Source: Phoronis australis
Taxonomy: Eukaryota; Animalia; Phoronida
Direction of reading: 5' to 3'
NCBI GenBank assembly: GCA_002633005.1
Contig: NMRA01000280.1
Span: 16,080-80,079, forward strand
DNA: 64,000 bases
A program made the translations under genes and the position numbers. Below, piece after piece: positions 63,101 to 64,000 of the stretch; positions within the stretch are counted from its first letter, which is position 1; each line of letters begins with the position of its first letter. The notes beneath the pieces are model-generated. The model saw nothing but the letters and a program-made list of their open reading frames with translations. It made no database searches and was not told the origin of the DNA.

Positions 63101-63555
63101 TTAATCGCGGGACTGTATACTCCGACCCACTTACTACTACAGTGTTGTATACCAACACAATAGGCTTGTTTGTCAATTGAACGTGATACTAGATGATATC
63201 CTGATGTTGGAAATTTCTTGGTCTAGTCCAGGGGAATGGTGCGTAATGGCATATCTAATTAGTTTGTGAAAAGCACAGGTGGTTAGGTTTTGGAATTTTG
63301 AAAATCGGACAAGAAATATGACTTTTCCAACCTAAAACTTTTGAACAATGTTGCGGGTATCCTGCTTCTCGTTAATTCTGCTGTTTGTGCAGCATAATTG
63401 GGCCACTTACCAATAACAAAAACTATTGAGATGAAAATCAATTACCTGGAAAGCATCTCTTGTTGTACCAATTTGTCGGAAAATTTTCGGGTAATCCAGT
63501 GTCCGGTTTAGGATCAGGTCGCCATTTGATGTTGGACTTCCAATCTAGGCCATGT
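59912..63555 (-). CDS. SPATS1: SPATS1-like (spermatogenesis-associated serine-rich 1 family), last four coding exons; the 5' part is missing and probably lies beyond the window
   Basis: Exons 63555-63446, 62485-62336, 60786-60663 and 60110-59912 splice in phase (GT-AG) to HGLDWKSNIKWRPDP...GKRCYFDGYH...KRNGIPAASEGDKSYQAVEYSPGFHKEGSTRPLPNFG...DTFVPLQDLP...EIDCVRSLEQWRASPPL...*. The RNGIP-GDKSY-EYSPGFHK-GSTRP and DTFxPL motifs are recognised from memory as SPATS1-family. Confidence 0.8.
60663..60786 (-). CDS. SPATS1: SPATS1-like exon
   Basis: tttttag|...GG|GTAAGT, phase 1-2; FYISKRNGIPAASEGDKSYQAVEYSPGFHKEGSTRPLPNF. Confidence 0.85.
62336..62485 (-). CDS. SPATS1: SPATS1-like exon
   Basis: ccacag|...G|GTAAGG, phase 1-1; SQRPSGREWTFYDKGYKVGKRCYFDGYH...MLFGKGRF. 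Confidence 0.8.
63446..63555 (-). CDS. SPATS1: SPATS1-like exon
   Basis: tttcag|...CAG|GTAATT, phase 2-1; HGLDWKSNIKWRPDPKPDTGLPENFPTNWYNKRCFP. Confidence 0.7.
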
Positions 63556-64000
63556 CTGAAACGAGGATAGTAATACTGTTTGTAAGAAAACATTCAATTT
63601 TACCCCTGAGTTTCTGACCTTGTGTACAATATCAATCTGTGTTTGAAACTCACTGCAAATGACTCAAAAATGTGGCACATCAAATCTCACATCGTGCCAA
63701 TTATTGCGCAAATTTAGACAAATAAGGAAGTAATAAACACTGCATCCACCATCTAACCATACTTAAGTTGACATTGCCTTTTCTGCACCATATTTTACAT
63801 AAAAAACATTGATTGTTTAAATTCTATAGATTTTGTAGTATTTGACAAACTCAACTCGTGGCAACTAATTCTTTACAAACTTATATTGGCAATATGTGAA
63901 CTTTCCAGCAACAGTCTTATAATTTTAAGTGCTTAGTCATCAGCAGCGCTGTGTAAAGAGGCATACAAATACATGTTTATGAATTTTAAACCTCCTGAAA

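Noticed and set aside
63446-63545. Alternative frame IGSPTSNGDLILNRTLDYPKIFRQ for this exon
   Set aside because: It ends in phase 0, which leads to a stop in the next exon; the phase-1 frame joins the SPATS1-like chain

Overview
AT-rich animal genomic DNA, most likely from an invertebrate; the species cannot be determined from the sequence. Most short ORFs in the track are noise. (1) A 16-exon + strand gene (256-47872, 872 aa, every splice phase consistent) encodes an unrecognised type-I membrane protein: signal peptide, 10-Cys module, three ~230-aa helical repeats each encoded by the same 4-exon phase pattern, a 24-nt microexon, a TM helix and a short tail with NPxY and a C-terminal YxxPhi motif. 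(2) The last four coding exons of a SPATS1-like gene lie on the - strand (59912-63555). (3) A possible small orphan gene sits on the - strand at about 52.3-54.7 kb. The introns hold many DNA transposons. Three are TTAA-flanked Kolobok-type elements: one keeps the convergent THAP-transposase and Cys-rich KolX/P2X7-ballast-like genes, and one is a symmetric derivative with two transposase-promoter ends. There are also Helentron-associated (HINE/DINE-like) repeats carrying CTCF-like motifs, a Penelope-like remnant with an inverted pseudo-LTR, CACTA-like, Tc2/pogo-like and Harbinger-like non-autonomous elements, and minisatellites. All family assignments come from motif recognition by eye, not from database searches.
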